NCBI GenBank assembly: GCA_902579285.1
Contig: CACHGA010000002.1
Coordinates: 7,906-71,905 of the forward strand
Direction: 5' to 3'
DNA: 64,000 nt
From: an uncultured Pelagibacteraceae bacterium
GTDB taxonomy: Bacteria > Pseudomonadota > Alphaproteobacteria > Pelagibacterales > Pelagibacteraceae
Position 1 is the stretch's first letter. Each line of letters opens with the position of its first letter. The position numbers and the translations under genes were made by a program. The notes beneath the pieces are model-generated. The model was not told where the DNA came from. It searched no databases and saw nothing but the letters and a program-made list of their open reading frames with translations. This document shows, piece by piece, positions 9,467 through 19,622 of the stretch.

Positions 9467-10637
9467 AATTTCTCGATATTAATTGCAATGTTTTTTTTCT
9501 GGCCCATTTATCGATTTTGTAAATTTCATAAATACCAGGTGTCTTTTTTACAGCATATTTGCCAAAATCTCTATCCTTAAAAACTCTGTTTAATGTATTA
9601 AAGATTCCGTTATAGGGTATTTTATTTTTAATAAAACTATCGACCAAAACTTCATTGCTGGCATTGAGTATTATAGGTGCTGATTTTGATAAAAATTTAT
9701 TATTGATAAATGTAACAATTGGAAATCTTTTTTTATCAACTTTCATAAATTCAATATTTTTTAATTTATCTAAAAAATTGTTATTTTTTTTAATTATATT
9801 TTTTATATCAACTTGATTATCATAAATCGCATTTGATATTGGAATTCTCATATCGGTATCATGATATAAAAATTTACTTTGGCCATTCTTAAATAATACT
9901 ATTGCATGTATTAATGATTGTGGATGAATTATAATTTCATATTTTTTTGGATCAAATAAAAATATTTTATAGGCTTCGATTAATTCTAAAATTTTGTTCA
10001 TCAAATTTGAAGAATCTATAGAAATTTTTTTACCCATGCTCCAGTTAGGATGTTTATAAGCATCCTTTGGTTTAATTTTATTAAAAGAGTGAAAAGGTCT
10101 TTTTAAGAAAGGGCCTCCAGAAGCTGTGATGTATATTTTTTTAATATCTGCATTTTTATAACCATTGGTAAGCTGTTTTATTGAAAAATGCTCTGAGTCG
10201 ATTGGAACAACTTCTGTTTTATTTTTTTTTATTATTTTTGAAATAATATGCCATCCACATATTATACTTTCTTTATTAGCAAGAAGTATTTTTTTTGACT
10301 GCTTGGTAAATTGAATAGTTGGTTCAAGTCCTGCTATACCCACGATAGCTGCAATAGTTATATCAAATTTTATTTTTGAAGGTAACTCTGTAAATTTTCT
10401 TAATATTTTTACTTTTTTATTTCTAAATTTTTTTACTATTTTTTCATAAACAATTAAATTAGTAACTACAAAATATTTTGGTCTGTATGTTTTAATTTGA
10501 TTTTTTATTTCTTTAAAATTTGAATTGGCTGATAATAGTATAATATTAAATTTATTCTTATTTAAATTAATTACATCAAGAGAGCTTTTTCCTATACTTC
10601 CTGTTGAACCTAAAATTGCAATTTTTTTTTTAATCAT
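9450..10637 (-). CDS. dxr: 1-deoxy-D-xylulose 5-phosphate reductoisomerase
   Basis: Contains the ILGSTGSIG NADPH-binding motif; 395 aa. Confidence 0.95.
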   Translation of the reverse strand: MIKKKIAILGSTGSIGKSSLDVINLNKNKFNIILLSANSNFKEIKNQIKTYRPKYFVVTNLIVYEKIVKKFRNKKVKILRKFTELPSKIKFDITIAAIVGIAGLEPTIQFTKQSKKILLANKESIICGWHIISKIIKKNKTEVVPIDSEHFSIKQLTNGYKNADIKKIYITASGGPFLKRPFHSFNKIKPKDAYKHPNWSMGKKISIDSSNLMNKILELIEAYKIFLFDPKKYEIIIHPQSLIHAIVLFKNGQSKFLYHDTDMRIPISNAIYDNQVDIKNIIKKNNNFLDKLKNIEFMKVDKKRFPIVTFINNKFLSKSAPIILNASNEVLVDSFIKNKIPYNGIFNTLNRVFKDRDFGKYAVKKTPGIYEIYKIDKWARKKTLQLISRNYEKFI

Positions 10638-11290
10638 GGAAAAACTTTTAATGTGTATAAAATGTAAGCTAAGATAACTACAAACATAAGCCCATCAATT
10701 CTATCAAAAATTCCACCATGTCCTGGTAAAATTTTTCCTGTATCCTTTAACTTTTCTAATCTTTTAAAATAAGAGATAAATAAATCGCCTAGTTGAGCAG
10801 CTAATGAAAACAACAAAGCTAATATAAAATATTTAGGCTTAAGAAAAAAATTATTTTCTATACCGGACATCAAGCTTATAACAAAGCTTATAAAAAATAC
10901 TGATAAAACAGCAAATATAAAAGAACCGATTATTCCAGAAATAGTTTTATTAGGACTTATTTTTGAGATTTTTTTTCCTTTGAAAGTTTTTCCAAAAATA
11001 TAACCACCAACATCTGAAAATATTGTTAAAATAATAATCCATAGTAACAAAAAAAATGAGGATGCTGTATCGTTCCTTAAGTGTAAAAGTGCAAGTAAAG
11101 CCATTACAAGTATCACGTCTATAATTATAATTGAAAGTTTTCTTTTAAAAGCTGAAAAAGCTTCAAAATTACCTAAAATCAAAATCGCATAAAGAAAAGA
11201 AACAATATAATTACCACCTTTTAATATAAAAAAAATAGAAATTGGTAAAATTATAATTGATGTAAGTATTCTTTTTTGTAGATTATTCAT
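10634..11290 (-). CDS. cdsA: phosphatidate cytidylyltransferase
   Basis: Multi-TM protein with the C-terminal signature KDTGKILPGHGGIFDRIDG. Confidence 0.92.
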   Translation of the reverse strand: MNNLQKRILTSIIILPISIFFILKGGNYIVSFLYAILILGNFEAFSAFKRKLSIIIIDVILVMALLALLHLRNDTASSFFLLLWIIILTIFSDVGGYIFGKTFKGKKISKISPNKTISGIIGSFIFAVLSVFFISFVISLMSGIENNFFLKPKYFILALLFSLAAQLGDLFISYFKRLEKLKDTGKILPGHGGIFDRIDGLMFVVILAYILYTLKVFP

Positions 11291-11964
11291 ATATTTCCGT
11301 AGTTTCTTTTAACTTTTTTAAAATTATTAATTATTTTATTGTAATCATTTATTTTGAAGTCAGGCCAAAGTTTGTTCACAAAATATAATTCTGTGTAAGC
11401 CATTTGCCAAAGTAAAAAATTACTTAGTCTTTTCTTTCCACCAGTACGAATAAGTATATCAGGATTAACTATGTTTTTAGTATACAAATTTTTTTCAAAA
11501 TTCTTCATATTTATTGGTATTTTATTTTTATAAATTTTTTTAGTTGTTTCAATAATTTCATTTTGTGATCCATAATTAATTGCTAAATTAACGAGAATTT
11601 TGTTACATTTTTTTGTTTTCTTCATAGAATCAATTAAACAAATCTTAACATTTTTGGGTAAAGGTTTAATATTACCTATAATATTTATTTTAATACTATT
11701 TTTAACTAAGTTATTAATTTCTTTTGTAAAATAATATTTGATTAAGTTAAAAAGAAAAACTATTTCTTTTTTGGGTCTTTTCCAATTCTCACTTGAAAAT
11801 GTATAAAATGTTAATATTGGTATTTTTAATTTAATAGATGCTTGAACTATCTTTTCTATAACTTTTACTCCGTTTTGATGTCCAATGTTTCTGTTTTTAG
11901 CTTTTTGTTTGCCCCATCTACCATTTCCATCCATAATAATGGCTATATGGTTAACTTTGTTCAT
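11287..11964 (-). CDS. uppS: undecaprenyl diphosphate synthase
   Basis: Contains the HIAIIMDGNGRW and FSSENWKRP motifs. Confidence 0.95.
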   Translation of the reverse strand: MNKVNHIAIIMDGNGRWGKQKAKNRNIGHQNGVKVIEKIVQASIKLKIPILTFYTFSSENWKRPKKEIVFLFNLIKYYFTKEINNLVKNSIKINIIGNIKPLPKNVKICLIDSMKKTKKCNKILVNLAINYGSQNEIIETTKKIYKNKIPINMKNFEKNLYTKNIVNPDILIRTGGKKRLSNFLLWQMAYTELYFVNKLWPDFKINDYNKIINNFKKVKRNYGNI

Positions 11965-12518
11965 AAAGTTAAAATTTCTTTTTCTTTCTCAATTAAAATT
12001 TTTTCAATGAGAGAGATATTCTCATCAGTGCTTTTTTGAACATCATTTTCGAAATTTTTACTATCATCCTCACCAATTTTTTTATCTTTAAGAAGATTTT
12101 TTATATTATCATTCGACTCTCTTCTTATATTTCTTATAGAAATTTTTGCTTTTTCACCTAGGTTTTTTAATACTTTCGTTAATTCTTTTCTTCTTTCTTC
12201 AGTTAACTGTGGAATACGAATCCTTAATATTTGACCATCAACCTGTGGGTTAATGCCAAGATTTGACTTTTTGATTTCAGTATCCACTAAATTAACATTG
12301 TTTTTATCCCAGACTTGAATTGATATTGTTCTTGGCTCTGGAATGGTTACTGTCGCAAGTTGGTTGATTGGCATTTTTTGACCATATACATCAACTCTGA
12401 TTAAATCTAACATTGATGGATTTGCCCTTCCCGTCCTCAATGTTCCAATATCTTTTTTGTATGAAGCAATTGTTTTTGCCATTTTTATAGATATTTCTTT
12501 TTTATCAAAAGTTTCCAT
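11961..12518 (-). CDS. frr: ribosome recycling factor
   Basis: 185-aa RRF-family sequence (LRTGRANPSMLD). Confidence 0.95.
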   Translation of the reverse strand: METFDKKEISIKMAKTIASYKKDIGTLRTGRANPSMLDLIRVDVYGQKMPINQLATVTIPEPRTISIQVWDKNNVNLVDTEIKKSNLGINPQVDGQILRIRIPQLTEERRKELTKVLKNLGEKAKISIRNIRRESNDNIKNLLKDKKIGEDDSKNFENDVQKSTDENISLIEKILIEKEKEILTL

Positions 12519-12521
12519 AAA

Positions 12522-13385
12522 TTAAATTCCTTCTCCAACCTTAAATCTTATAAAATCAGCAACTTTAATTTCACCATTTTTTGAAAACTGTTTTAAAAAT
12601 TGTTTGACAGTAATTTTTGTATCCATAATCCAGCTTTGATCTAACAATGTATTTTCTGAAATAAACTTTTTTATTTTTCCAGAAGCAATTTTATCAATCA
12701 TATCATCTTTTTTGCCACTATTTTTCAATTCCTCTTTAATTATTTCAAGCTCTTTATCTAATATATTTTTATTTATTCCATCTTGATTAATTGCAATTGG
12801 CGACTGGGCAGCAATATGCATGGCGAGTTTAGTACCAACATTATCAATATCTTGTTTGTTTTGACCTGTTAACTTTACAATGGATATGACTTTGCCAATA
12901 TTTTTCTCTGTTGAATTATGCACGTAAAAAAAATTTTTTCCCTCTTTATTAAAAAATTTACTTCTTCTTATTGTAATTTTTTCGCCTATTTTTGATATTA
13001 ATGTAATAAGATTTTCCTCAACAGTTTTATCATTTTTCATTTTACTTTTACTTAACTTATCTAAATCTCCTTGATTTATAAAATTAATTTCTGCAACATC
13101 TTTGCAAAAAGAAACAAAATCTTTATTTTTTGCCACGAAATCAGTTTCACTATTTATTTCTATTGCTGAAATGTTGCCGTCTTTTTCATTTACTAAAATA
13201 AGTCCGTCTGCTGCTACACGACTCATTTTTTTTGATGCTTTAGCAATACCTTTTTTTCTCAAATATTCTATCGATTTTTCTAAATCACCATTGGTTTCTG
13301 TAATAGCTGCTTTGCAGTCAGAAAATCCAACGCCAGTGATTTCTCTTAGTTTTTTGATATTATCTAGAATTTTTTTATCCGCCAT
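12522..13385 (-). CDS. tsf: translation elongation factor Ts
   Basis: 287 aa with the N-terminal LREITGVGFSDCKAA motif; downstream of rpsB. Confidence 0.95.
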   Translation of the reverse strand: MADKKILDNIKKLREITGVGFSDCKAAITETNGDLEKSIEYLRKKGIAKASKKMSRVAADGLILVNEKDGNISAIEINSETDFVAKNKDFVSFCKDVAEINFINQGDLDKLSKSKMKNDKTVEENLITLISKIGEKITIRRSKFFNKEGKNFFYVHNSTEKNIGKVISIVKLTGQNKQDIDNVGTKLAMHIAAQSPIAINQDGINKNILDKELEIIKEELKNSGKKDDMIDKIASGKIKKFISENTLLDQSWIMDTKITVKQFLKQFSKNGEIKVADFIRFKVGEGI

Positions 13386-13395
13386 CGCTTGAACT

Positions 13396-14190
13396 TTATT
13401 TGCTTTGAGTATCTTTTGGAGAGTTATTAGTTTTTGTTGATTGATTTTTATTATCTATATTGTCACTTTTCTTCTTTAGATCATTAGAATTTTGATTTAA
13501 TGCAATATTTTTCTTTGCATCAATAATTGTACTTTTTAAAAGCTCACAATAAAGATCTATAGATCTTCGTGCATCATCGTTGCCGGGTATTGGAAAATTT
13601 ATTCCTGTTGGGTCAGAGTTGGAGTCTAGTATAGCTACTATTGGTATTTTTAATTTTATTGCCTCCTTAATCGCTAAAGACTCTACATTAGTGTCTATAA
13701 CAAAAATCATTTCAGGAACTCTATTCATATTAGAAATACCACCTAATGATCTATTTAATTTATCCTTTTCTTTTTCAAGTTTTAATACTTCTTTTTTTGT
13801 AAAACCTATATCTTCCTTTGATAAATCTGTTTCTAATTTTTTTAACCTTTTTATTGAATTCTGAATTGTCTGCCAGTTTGTAAGCATGCCGCCCAACCAT
13901 CTATAATTTACGTAATATTGATCTGTATCTTTTGCTAACTTTAGAACTGTTTCAGCGGCTTGTTTTTTTGTTGAAACAATAAGGATTTTTCCTCCAGAAG
14001 AAATACATTTATGTACTTCTTTCATCGCGTTTTTAATTAAGACTACAGTTTGAGTAAGATCAATAATATGTATGGAGTTTTTTTCACCATATATAAACTG
14101 CTTCATCCTAGGATTCCATCTTAAAGTCTTGTGACCTAAATGAACGCCTGCTTCTAATAATTGTTTTATTGATACGTTAGGTATATTCAT
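13396..14190 (-). CDS. rpsB: 30S ribosomal protein S2
   Basis: Contains the LLEAGVHLGH signature. The ATG at 14190 gives the canonical N-terminus MNIPNVSIKQLLEAG. The ORF-track GTG start at 14214 lies inside a leader helix. Confidence 0.95.
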   Translation of the reverse strand: MNIPNVSIKQLLEAGVHLGHKTLRWNPRMKQFIYGEKNSIHIIDLTQTVVLIKNAMKEVHKCISSGGKILIVSTKKQAAETVLKLAKDTDQYYVNYRWLGGMLTNWQTIQNSIKRLKKLETDLSKEDIGFTKKEVLKLEKEKDKLNRSLGGISNMNRVPEMIFVIDTNVESLAIKEAIKLKIPIVAILDSNSDPTGINFPIPGNDDARRSIDLYCELLKSTIIDAKKNIALNQNSNDLKKKSDNIDNKNQSTKTNNSPKDTQSK

Positions 14191-14262
14191 AATTTTTTCC
14201 GGTTTAACCACCACAGCTTTCCTTTCGGACCGGTGGGCAATTGCCCTATGCTGTGTGCGAAA
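14191..14262 (-). promoter_or_regulatory. structured GC-rich 5' leader of rpsB-tsf (candidate S2 autoregulatory leader)
   Basis: Read as minus-strand RNA, the segment contains several helices. CACAGC (14250-14255) pairs with GCUGUG (14212-14217). There is a palindrome GGGCAAUUGCCC (14235-14246). CCGGU (14229-14233) pairs with ACCGG (14199-14203), next to the RBS region. A UCC-GAAA-GGA tetraloop hairpin is also present. Confidence 0.55.
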
Positions 14263-14271
14263 TCAAATATT

Positions 14272-14299
14272 ATTTATATTTAATCTATTGAAAAATCAA
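14272..14299 (-). promoter_or_regulatory. candidate sigma70-type promoter of rpsB
   Basis: On the minus strand, TTGATT (14299-14294) is followed by a 15-16 nt spacer and then TATAAA/ATAAAT (14278-14272). It lies 5 nt past the dnaE stop. Hexamer match only. Confidence 0.3.
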
Positions 14300-14303
14300 G
14301 TTA

Positions 14304-17300
14304 TTAAAAACTAATTTTTTTAATATATTCTTTATTTTTGAGAGAACTAAGAGTGTTCAAATTAAATTTTCTTCGGTTTTTTAGCGAAAAGATGTAAATT
14401 TTTGAATTTCTATTAACCTTAATCTGGATTTTTGTTTCACCTTCTATGTTTAATAGATTTTGAAGTTCATCCATATTTGTTTTTCCATTAACTTCAATTG
14501 TAACATTTTTATATGACGTATTAACAAAATCGTTCAAAGGGACTATATTTTTGATATTTATTCGTCTTGTGCTTAAATTATCTTTAGAACTATCTTTTTG
14601 AAGTGTAATTAGAAATGAATTTGCAGCTTTCAATTTGTCTCTATTTGATATTAATAATTCCGAAAATAAGAATAACTCGAATTCACTTTTCAGGTCAGTG
14701 AATTTTATTATTGCAAATGGAGTGCCTTTTGCGCTCTTTTTTTCTTGAATTGCCATTATCGTTCCGGCTACATATGCATTACTTTCATTATCATCAATAA
14801 AACTTGAATATGACTTTATTTTTAAAGTTTCAAAATAATCCTTATAAATATTTAGTGGGTGATCAGACATATAAAATCCAATTGACTGAAATTCGTTTAA
14901 TAAAAGATCTTTTTTTGATAATTTTTCGTTAGTCTCTAATTTTAATATTGTTTGATCTTTTTCAGATTTGCTTGAAAATAAACTAGACTGATTACTCATT
15001 TTTTCATCCCATAGAATTTTATTAACCTGAATTATTTTAGGTATAGCCTTAAGTAAAGATCCTCTATCTTGATTAAAAACATCAAAGGCACCAGCCTTAG
15101 TAAGTCCTTCAAGTTGTAACTTATTTATATCTTTAGGATTTACTCTGTGAATGAAGTTGTTAAGTGATTTATATTCTCCGTTTTTTTTTCTCTCATTAAT
15201 AATATTTGTTACGGCTTCTTTCCCAACACTTTTTATTGCAGACAAGGCATAATAAATTTTATTTTTTTCTGATTTAAAATCAGCAAATGATTTATTTATA
15301 CATGGTCTGACAATATTGATTTTCAGTCTTTTGAGTTCTTCCACAAACTCTCTTAACTTATCAGTATTTGATAATTCGGTAGACATTGTTGCCGCTATAA
15401 AATCTTCAGGATAGTATCTTTTTAAGAAGGCTGTCTGATAAGCAATTAATGCATAAGCTGCTGCGTGACTTTTGTTAAAACCATATTCAGCAAAAGGTTT
15501 TATTTTTTGAAATATAAAAACAGCTATATCTTTTCCAATTCCATTTTTTGTAGCACCTTTTATGAACTTCTCTTCTTGTTTTTCTAATTCTTTTCTTTTT
15601 TTCTTTCCCATGGCTTTACGTAAAATGTCTGCTTCACCGGGGGAAAAATTTGCTAACGTTTGGGCGATTTGCATTACCTGTTCTTGATAAATAATAATAC
15701 CATAAGTTGGCTTTAAAATTTTTTCCAAGCTTTCGTGAATATAATCAGGTTTTTTTAAACCATTTTTACAATCATTGTATATTGGAATATTATTCATTGG
15801 TCCTGGTCTGTATAAAGCAACCAATGCAATTATATCTTCGAACTTATTAGGTTTCATTTGCTTTAGAGCAGACCTTACACCTGAGCTTTCAAGTTGAAAT
15901 AGGCCTGTAGTTTCGCCTGTAGACAACATTTCATAAACATTTTTATCATTTAATTGAATTTTACTTAAATCTAAATCTATTTTTTTATTTTTTAAAATTT
16001 TTATTGTTTTGCTAATTAATGTTAGTGTGTTTAACCCAAGTATATCAAACTTCACTAAACCAGCATTTTCTGATGAATGCATATCAAATTGTGTTGATGG
16101 CAAAAGTAATTCAGAGCTTTTATCTTTATAAAGAGGAACTTCCTCTGATAATTTTTCGCCAGCTATAACTACACCTGCAGCATGTGTTGCAAGATTTCTG
16201 TTAAGACCTTCTAATTTTAATGAAAGTTCAATTAGTTTTTTTACTTTTGGGTTTTTTTCCTCTTCTTTAAATCTTGGTTCTCTATCAATAGATTCTTGTA
16301 AACTTAATGGTCTTGATGGATCAAATGGTATCATTTTACAAATTTTATCAACATGTCCATAAGGTAGACCAATAACTCGTCCGATATCCCTTAATGCCAT
16401 TCTGGCTTTTAATTTACCAAAAGTAATAATGTGAGCTACACCATTTTTATATTTAGATTTTAAATATTTAAAAACCAAATCTCTTTTTTCCTCACAAAAA
16501 TCTATATCAAAATCAGGCATTGAAATCCTATCGGGGTTCAAAAATCTTTCAAAAATTAAACCAAACTCTATAGGATCTAAATCTGTTATATCTAAACAAT
16601 AAGCAACAAGCGAACCAGCACCAGAACCTCTACCTGGACCAACAGGAATATCATTTTGTTTAGCCCACTTAATATAATCTGAGACTATTAAAAAATATCC
16701 TGAATAATTCATTTTATGAATTATACTTAACTCATGTGCTAATCTATCAGAATAAATTTTTTTAATTTTTTCAATTCTAGATTTATCCGCATTTTTAAAA
16801 ACAAAGTTTTCCAGTCTATTTTTTAATCCCTCGTTAGATTGAAATGTAAGTTCATCATTTTCATTACGATGGTTGGATATTTGAATAGAAGGAAGAATTG
16901 GTTTCGATTTTTTAACTTTAAAACTAAATCTGAAAGGGAAATTATAATTATTTTCTAATGCCTCAGGAATATCGGAGTATAAATTTTTTATTTCGTCGTT
17001 TGATTTTATATAATGCTGGTCTGAATATCGCTTTCTGTTTTTTTCGTCAACGTAAGTCTTTTCTCCTATACACAATAAAGCATCGTGGGCTTCATACATA
17101 TCTTTATTAATATAAAATACTTCTTGTGATGCTATAATTGGTATAGATACTTTATTAGATAAGCTTAAAAATATATTTTCTAATTTTTTTTCATCTTGAT
17201 CATTATGTCTTTGTATTTCCAAATAGAAAGAGTCTTTAAATTCGCTTTTTAAAATAGATGCAAGATTATTAACATCTTTTATTTTATTTTTTTTTACTAA

Positions 17301-17720
17301 ATTGTTAAATAGAGAGTCAATACCACCGCTTAATATTAATAAATCCTCACAATTATCAAAAAGATCATCTAAAGAACAAGTCGGTAAAAGGTTTTCTTTG
17401 GTCTCCAAAAAACTTTTGGAAGACAATTTGACTAAATTGTTATAACCCTTTTCAGTTTTAGCGAAAATTGGTAATTTACCAATAGTTTCACCGTATTTAA
17501 AGTTAATTTGAGACCCTATAATGGGCTGTGTCCCAACTTTACTTAACGCTTCTGAAAATTCTAAGGCGCCACAAAGGTTAAAGCTGTCACTTAATCCAAG
17601 TGATCTTATTTTATTTTTTTTGCAATAATCTGCTAGGTCATCAATTTTAATCGCACCTTCACAAATGGAGTACTGCGTGTGCACTTTAAAATTTGTGAAT
17701 GTTGACTTCGCATTAGACAT
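14304..17720 (-). CDS. dnaE: DNA polymerase III alpha subunit
   Basis: 1138 aa with a PHP N-terminal domain and the GLVKFDILGL polymerase core motif. Confidence 0.97.
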   Translation of the reverse strand: MSNAKSTFTNFKVHTQYSICEGAIKIDDLADYCKKNKIRSLGLSDSFNLCGALEFSEALSKVGTQPIIGSQINFKYGETIGKLPIFAKTEKGYNNLVKLSSKSFLETKENLLPTCSLDDLFDNCEDLLILSGGIDSLFNNLVKKNKIKDVNNLASILKSEFKDSFYLEIQRHNDQDEKKLENIFLSLSNKVSIPIIASQEVFYINKDMYEAHDALLCIGEKTYVDEKNRKRYSDQHYIKSNDEIKNLYSDIPEALENNYNFPFRFSFKVKKSKPILPSIQISNHRNENDELTFQSNEGLKNRLENFVFKNADKSRIEKIKKIYSDRLAHELSIIHKMNYSGYFLIVSDYIKWAKQNDIPVGPGRGSGAGSLVAYCLDITDLDPIEFGLIFERFLNPDRISMPDFDIDFCEEKRDLVFKYLKSKYKNGVAHIITFGKLKARMALRDIGRVIGLPYGHVDKICKMIPFDPSRPLSLQESIDREPRFKEEEKNPKVKKLIELSLKLEGLNRNLATHAAGVVIAGEKLSEEVPLYKDKSSELLLPSTQFDMHSSENAGLVKFDILGLNTLTLISKTIKILKNKKIDLDLSKIQLNDKNVYEMLSTGETTGLFQLESSGVRSALKQMKPNKFEDIIALVALYRPGPMNNIPIYNDCKNGLKKPDYIHESLEKILKPTYGIIIYQEQVMQIAQTLANFSPGEADILRKAMGKKKRKELEKQEEKFIKGATKNGIGKDIAVFIFQKIKPFAEYGFNKSHAAAYALIAYQTAFLKRYYPEDFIAATMSTELSNTDKLREFVEELKRLKINIVRPCINKSFADFKSEKNKIYYALSAIKSVGKEAVTNIINERKKNGEYKSLNNFIHRVNPKDINKLQLEGLTKAGAFDVFNQDRGSLLKAIPKIIQVNKILWDEKMSNQSSLFSSKSEKDQTILKLETNEKLSKKDLLLNEFQSIGFYMSDHPLNIYKDYFETLKIKSYSSFIDDNESNAYVAGTIMAIQEKKSAKGTPFAIIKFTDLKSEFELFLFSELLISNRDKLKAANSFLITLQKDSSKDNLSTRRINIKNIVPLNDFVNTSYKNVTIEVNGKTNMDELQNLLNIEGETKIQIKVNRNSKIYIFSLKNRRKFNLNTLSSLKNKEYIKKISF

Positions 17721-18396
17721 TAGCTCTTTTTACAATACCATCGCTTATGGTTAAAGTATAATCAGCTTTTTTTGCTAATTCTCTATTATGAGTTGCAATT
17801 AATATTATTTTATTTTTTTCTCTTAATTTTAAAAAATAAGAAAATATATCATTAGAGTTTTTGTTGTCTAAATTTCCAGTTGGTTCATCAGCAAGAATTA
17901 TTTTTGTTTCAGCGATAAGCGCTCTAGCAATTGCAACTCTTTGTTGTTCGCCACCGGATAAATCTGATGGAAAATGGTTTAATCTATGACCCAAATTTAC
18001 TTTTTTTAAAAATTTTTCAGCTTTTTTGATGGATGTTTTATAGTTCGTTTCACGTATAATTAGTGGAAGAGCAACATTTTCTAGCGCTGTAAAATCGCTA
18101 AGCAAATTATTATTTTGAAAAATTATTGATATATTTTCTCTAACCATTTTATTTTTTTCATCTTCATTTAGCTCTGATATAGATTTGCCTGAAATTATAA
18201 TTTTACCTTTGGATGGAGTATCTAGTAAAGACATTAAATGTAAAAATGTTGATTTTCCAGATCCTGAGGGACCAACTATAGCAACGACCTTCCCTGTTTC
18301 AATTTTTAGATTAACATTCTTCAAAACTGTTATTTTTGAATTACCGTTTTCAAAATGTTTTGATAAATTGTTTATTTGAATAATTTCTCTAATCAT
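17713..18396 (-). CDS. lolD: lipoprotein-releasing ABC transporter ATP-binding protein
   Basis: Contains Walker A GPSGSGKST and the ABC signature LSGGEQQRVAIARAL. It is adjacent to a LolC/E-type permease. Confidence 0.85.
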   Translation of the reverse strand: MIREIIQINNLSKHFENGNSKITVLKNVNLKIETGKVVAIVGPSGSGKSTFLHLMSLLDTPSKGKIIISGKSISELNEDEKNKMVRENISIIFQNNNLLSDFTALENVALPLIIRETNYKTSIKKAEKFLKKVNLGHRLNHFPSDLSGGEQQRVAIARALIAETKIILADEPTGNLDNKNSNDIFSYFLKLREKNKIILIATHNRELAKKADYTLTISDGIVKRANV

Positions 18397-19621
18397 ATTT
18401 CAGTGCTTTTATTGGATCAATTTTTGTTACAGCAAGAGATGGGAGTAAAGAAGCAAACATTGATGTTATCAAGGAGAAAGAGGAAATTATTATAATTGAA
18501 CTTAAACTGACTTCACTTGGCATCTCAGCTAAAAAATAAACATCTTCTGGAAATATTTGTAAATTAAATGTGTTAGATAAAAATACCCTTATGCTCTCTA
18601 TGTTTATTGAAAATAGAGTACCAAGTACAAGTCCTGTAATAGTTGCTGCAAAACCAATTATAAATCCAGTCAGAAAGAAAGACTTTATGATCGATTTTTT
18701 GTCTAATCCTAAAGATTTAAGAATGGCTATTTCTTTTGTTTTATTTTTAATTAAAATTGTAAGTCCTGAAATTATATTAAATGCAGCAACTATGATAATT
18801 AGTGTTAAAATTAAGAACATAACATTCCTTTCAACTTTTAAAGCTGAAAAAAAAGATTTATTTTGATCAGCCCAGGAAATTACATAAAAACTAGAGTCAA
18901 TATTTTGTATTTCATTTTTGTATTTACTTGCATTAATTGGATCTTGTAGAAATATTTCAATGTAAAAATCTTCTAAATTTTTTCCAAAAAATGATAATGA
19001 GTCTCTTAAATTAAAGAAAGAAACACTTCGATCAAATTCATAAAGGCCACTGCTAAAAACTGCTGCAACTTGAAATGATGACTGCTTGGGTATATTTCCT
19101 AGAGGGGTTGATATTGAATTTGATGACATAATATTTATTTTATCACCAACAACTACACCTAATTCAATAGCAAGGTATTTTCCAATTATTACAGTTCCAT
19201 TTTTAAAATTAGTAAGCTCTCCATCTATGATGTTTTCTTTCAAAAAATTGATACTATTAATTTTTTTCGGGTCAATACCTCGAACAAGAGTACCCTTTGC
19301 ATTATCTCTATTTAAAATAACAGCTTCACCATTGAAAGTTTTAATAACATTAGAATTGATATATTTATTTTTAATTTTATTATAATAGTTTTCACTGATA
19401 GGATTTGAGTAGGGTTTTATAGTTATATGAGAATTAAATCCTAATATTTTATTTGTCAGCTCGGTTCTAAAACCATTCATTACAGACATAACAATAATTA
19501 GTACCCCAACCCCAAGTGAGATGCCTAGAAAAGAAAAAATCGAAATAATCTTTAAAAAACCTTCTTTTTTTTTGGGTTTTAAATTTCTTGAGGTAATTAA
19601 TTTTTCAATAAAAGTGAACAA
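18389..19621 (-). CDS. lolC: lipoprotein-releasing system permease (LolC/LolE family)
   Basis: 410-aa FtsX/MacB-type permease with 4 TM segments and a large periplasmic loop. Confidence 0.85.
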   Translation of the reverse strand: MFTFIEKLITSRNLKPKKKEGFLKIISIFSFLGISLGVGVLIIVMSVMNGFRTELTNKILGFNSHITIKPYSNPISENYYNKIKNKYINSNVIKTFNGEAVILNRDNAKGTLVRGIDPKKINSINFLKENIIDGELTNFKNGTVIIGKYLAIELGVVVGDKINIMSSNSISTPLGNIPKQSSFQVAAVFSSGLYEFDRSVSFFNLRDSLSFFGKNLEDFYIEIFLQDPINASKYKNEIQNIDSSFYVISWADQNKSFFSALKVERNVMFLILTLIIIVAAFNIISGLTILIKNKTKEIAILKSLGLDKKSIIKSFFLTGFIIGFAATITGLVLGTLFSINIESIRVFLSNTFNLQIFPEDVYFLAEMPSEVSLSSIIIISSFSLITSMFASLLPSLAVTKIDPIKALKYD

Positions 19622-19622
19622 T

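Noticed and set aside
14205-14250. The hairpin CCAC-CGG-UCC-GAAA-GGA-AAGCU-GUGG in the rpsB leader resembles SRP (4.5S) RNA domain IV, which has a GNRA loop and GGAAGCAGCC-like 3' strand.
   Set aside because: The diagnostic AGCA loop is not intact (it reads AAGCU). The flanks cannot form the long closing helix of a 4.5S RNA. The GC island is only about 60 nt and ends about 10 nt before the rpsB AUG. A cis-acting leader is the simpler reading.
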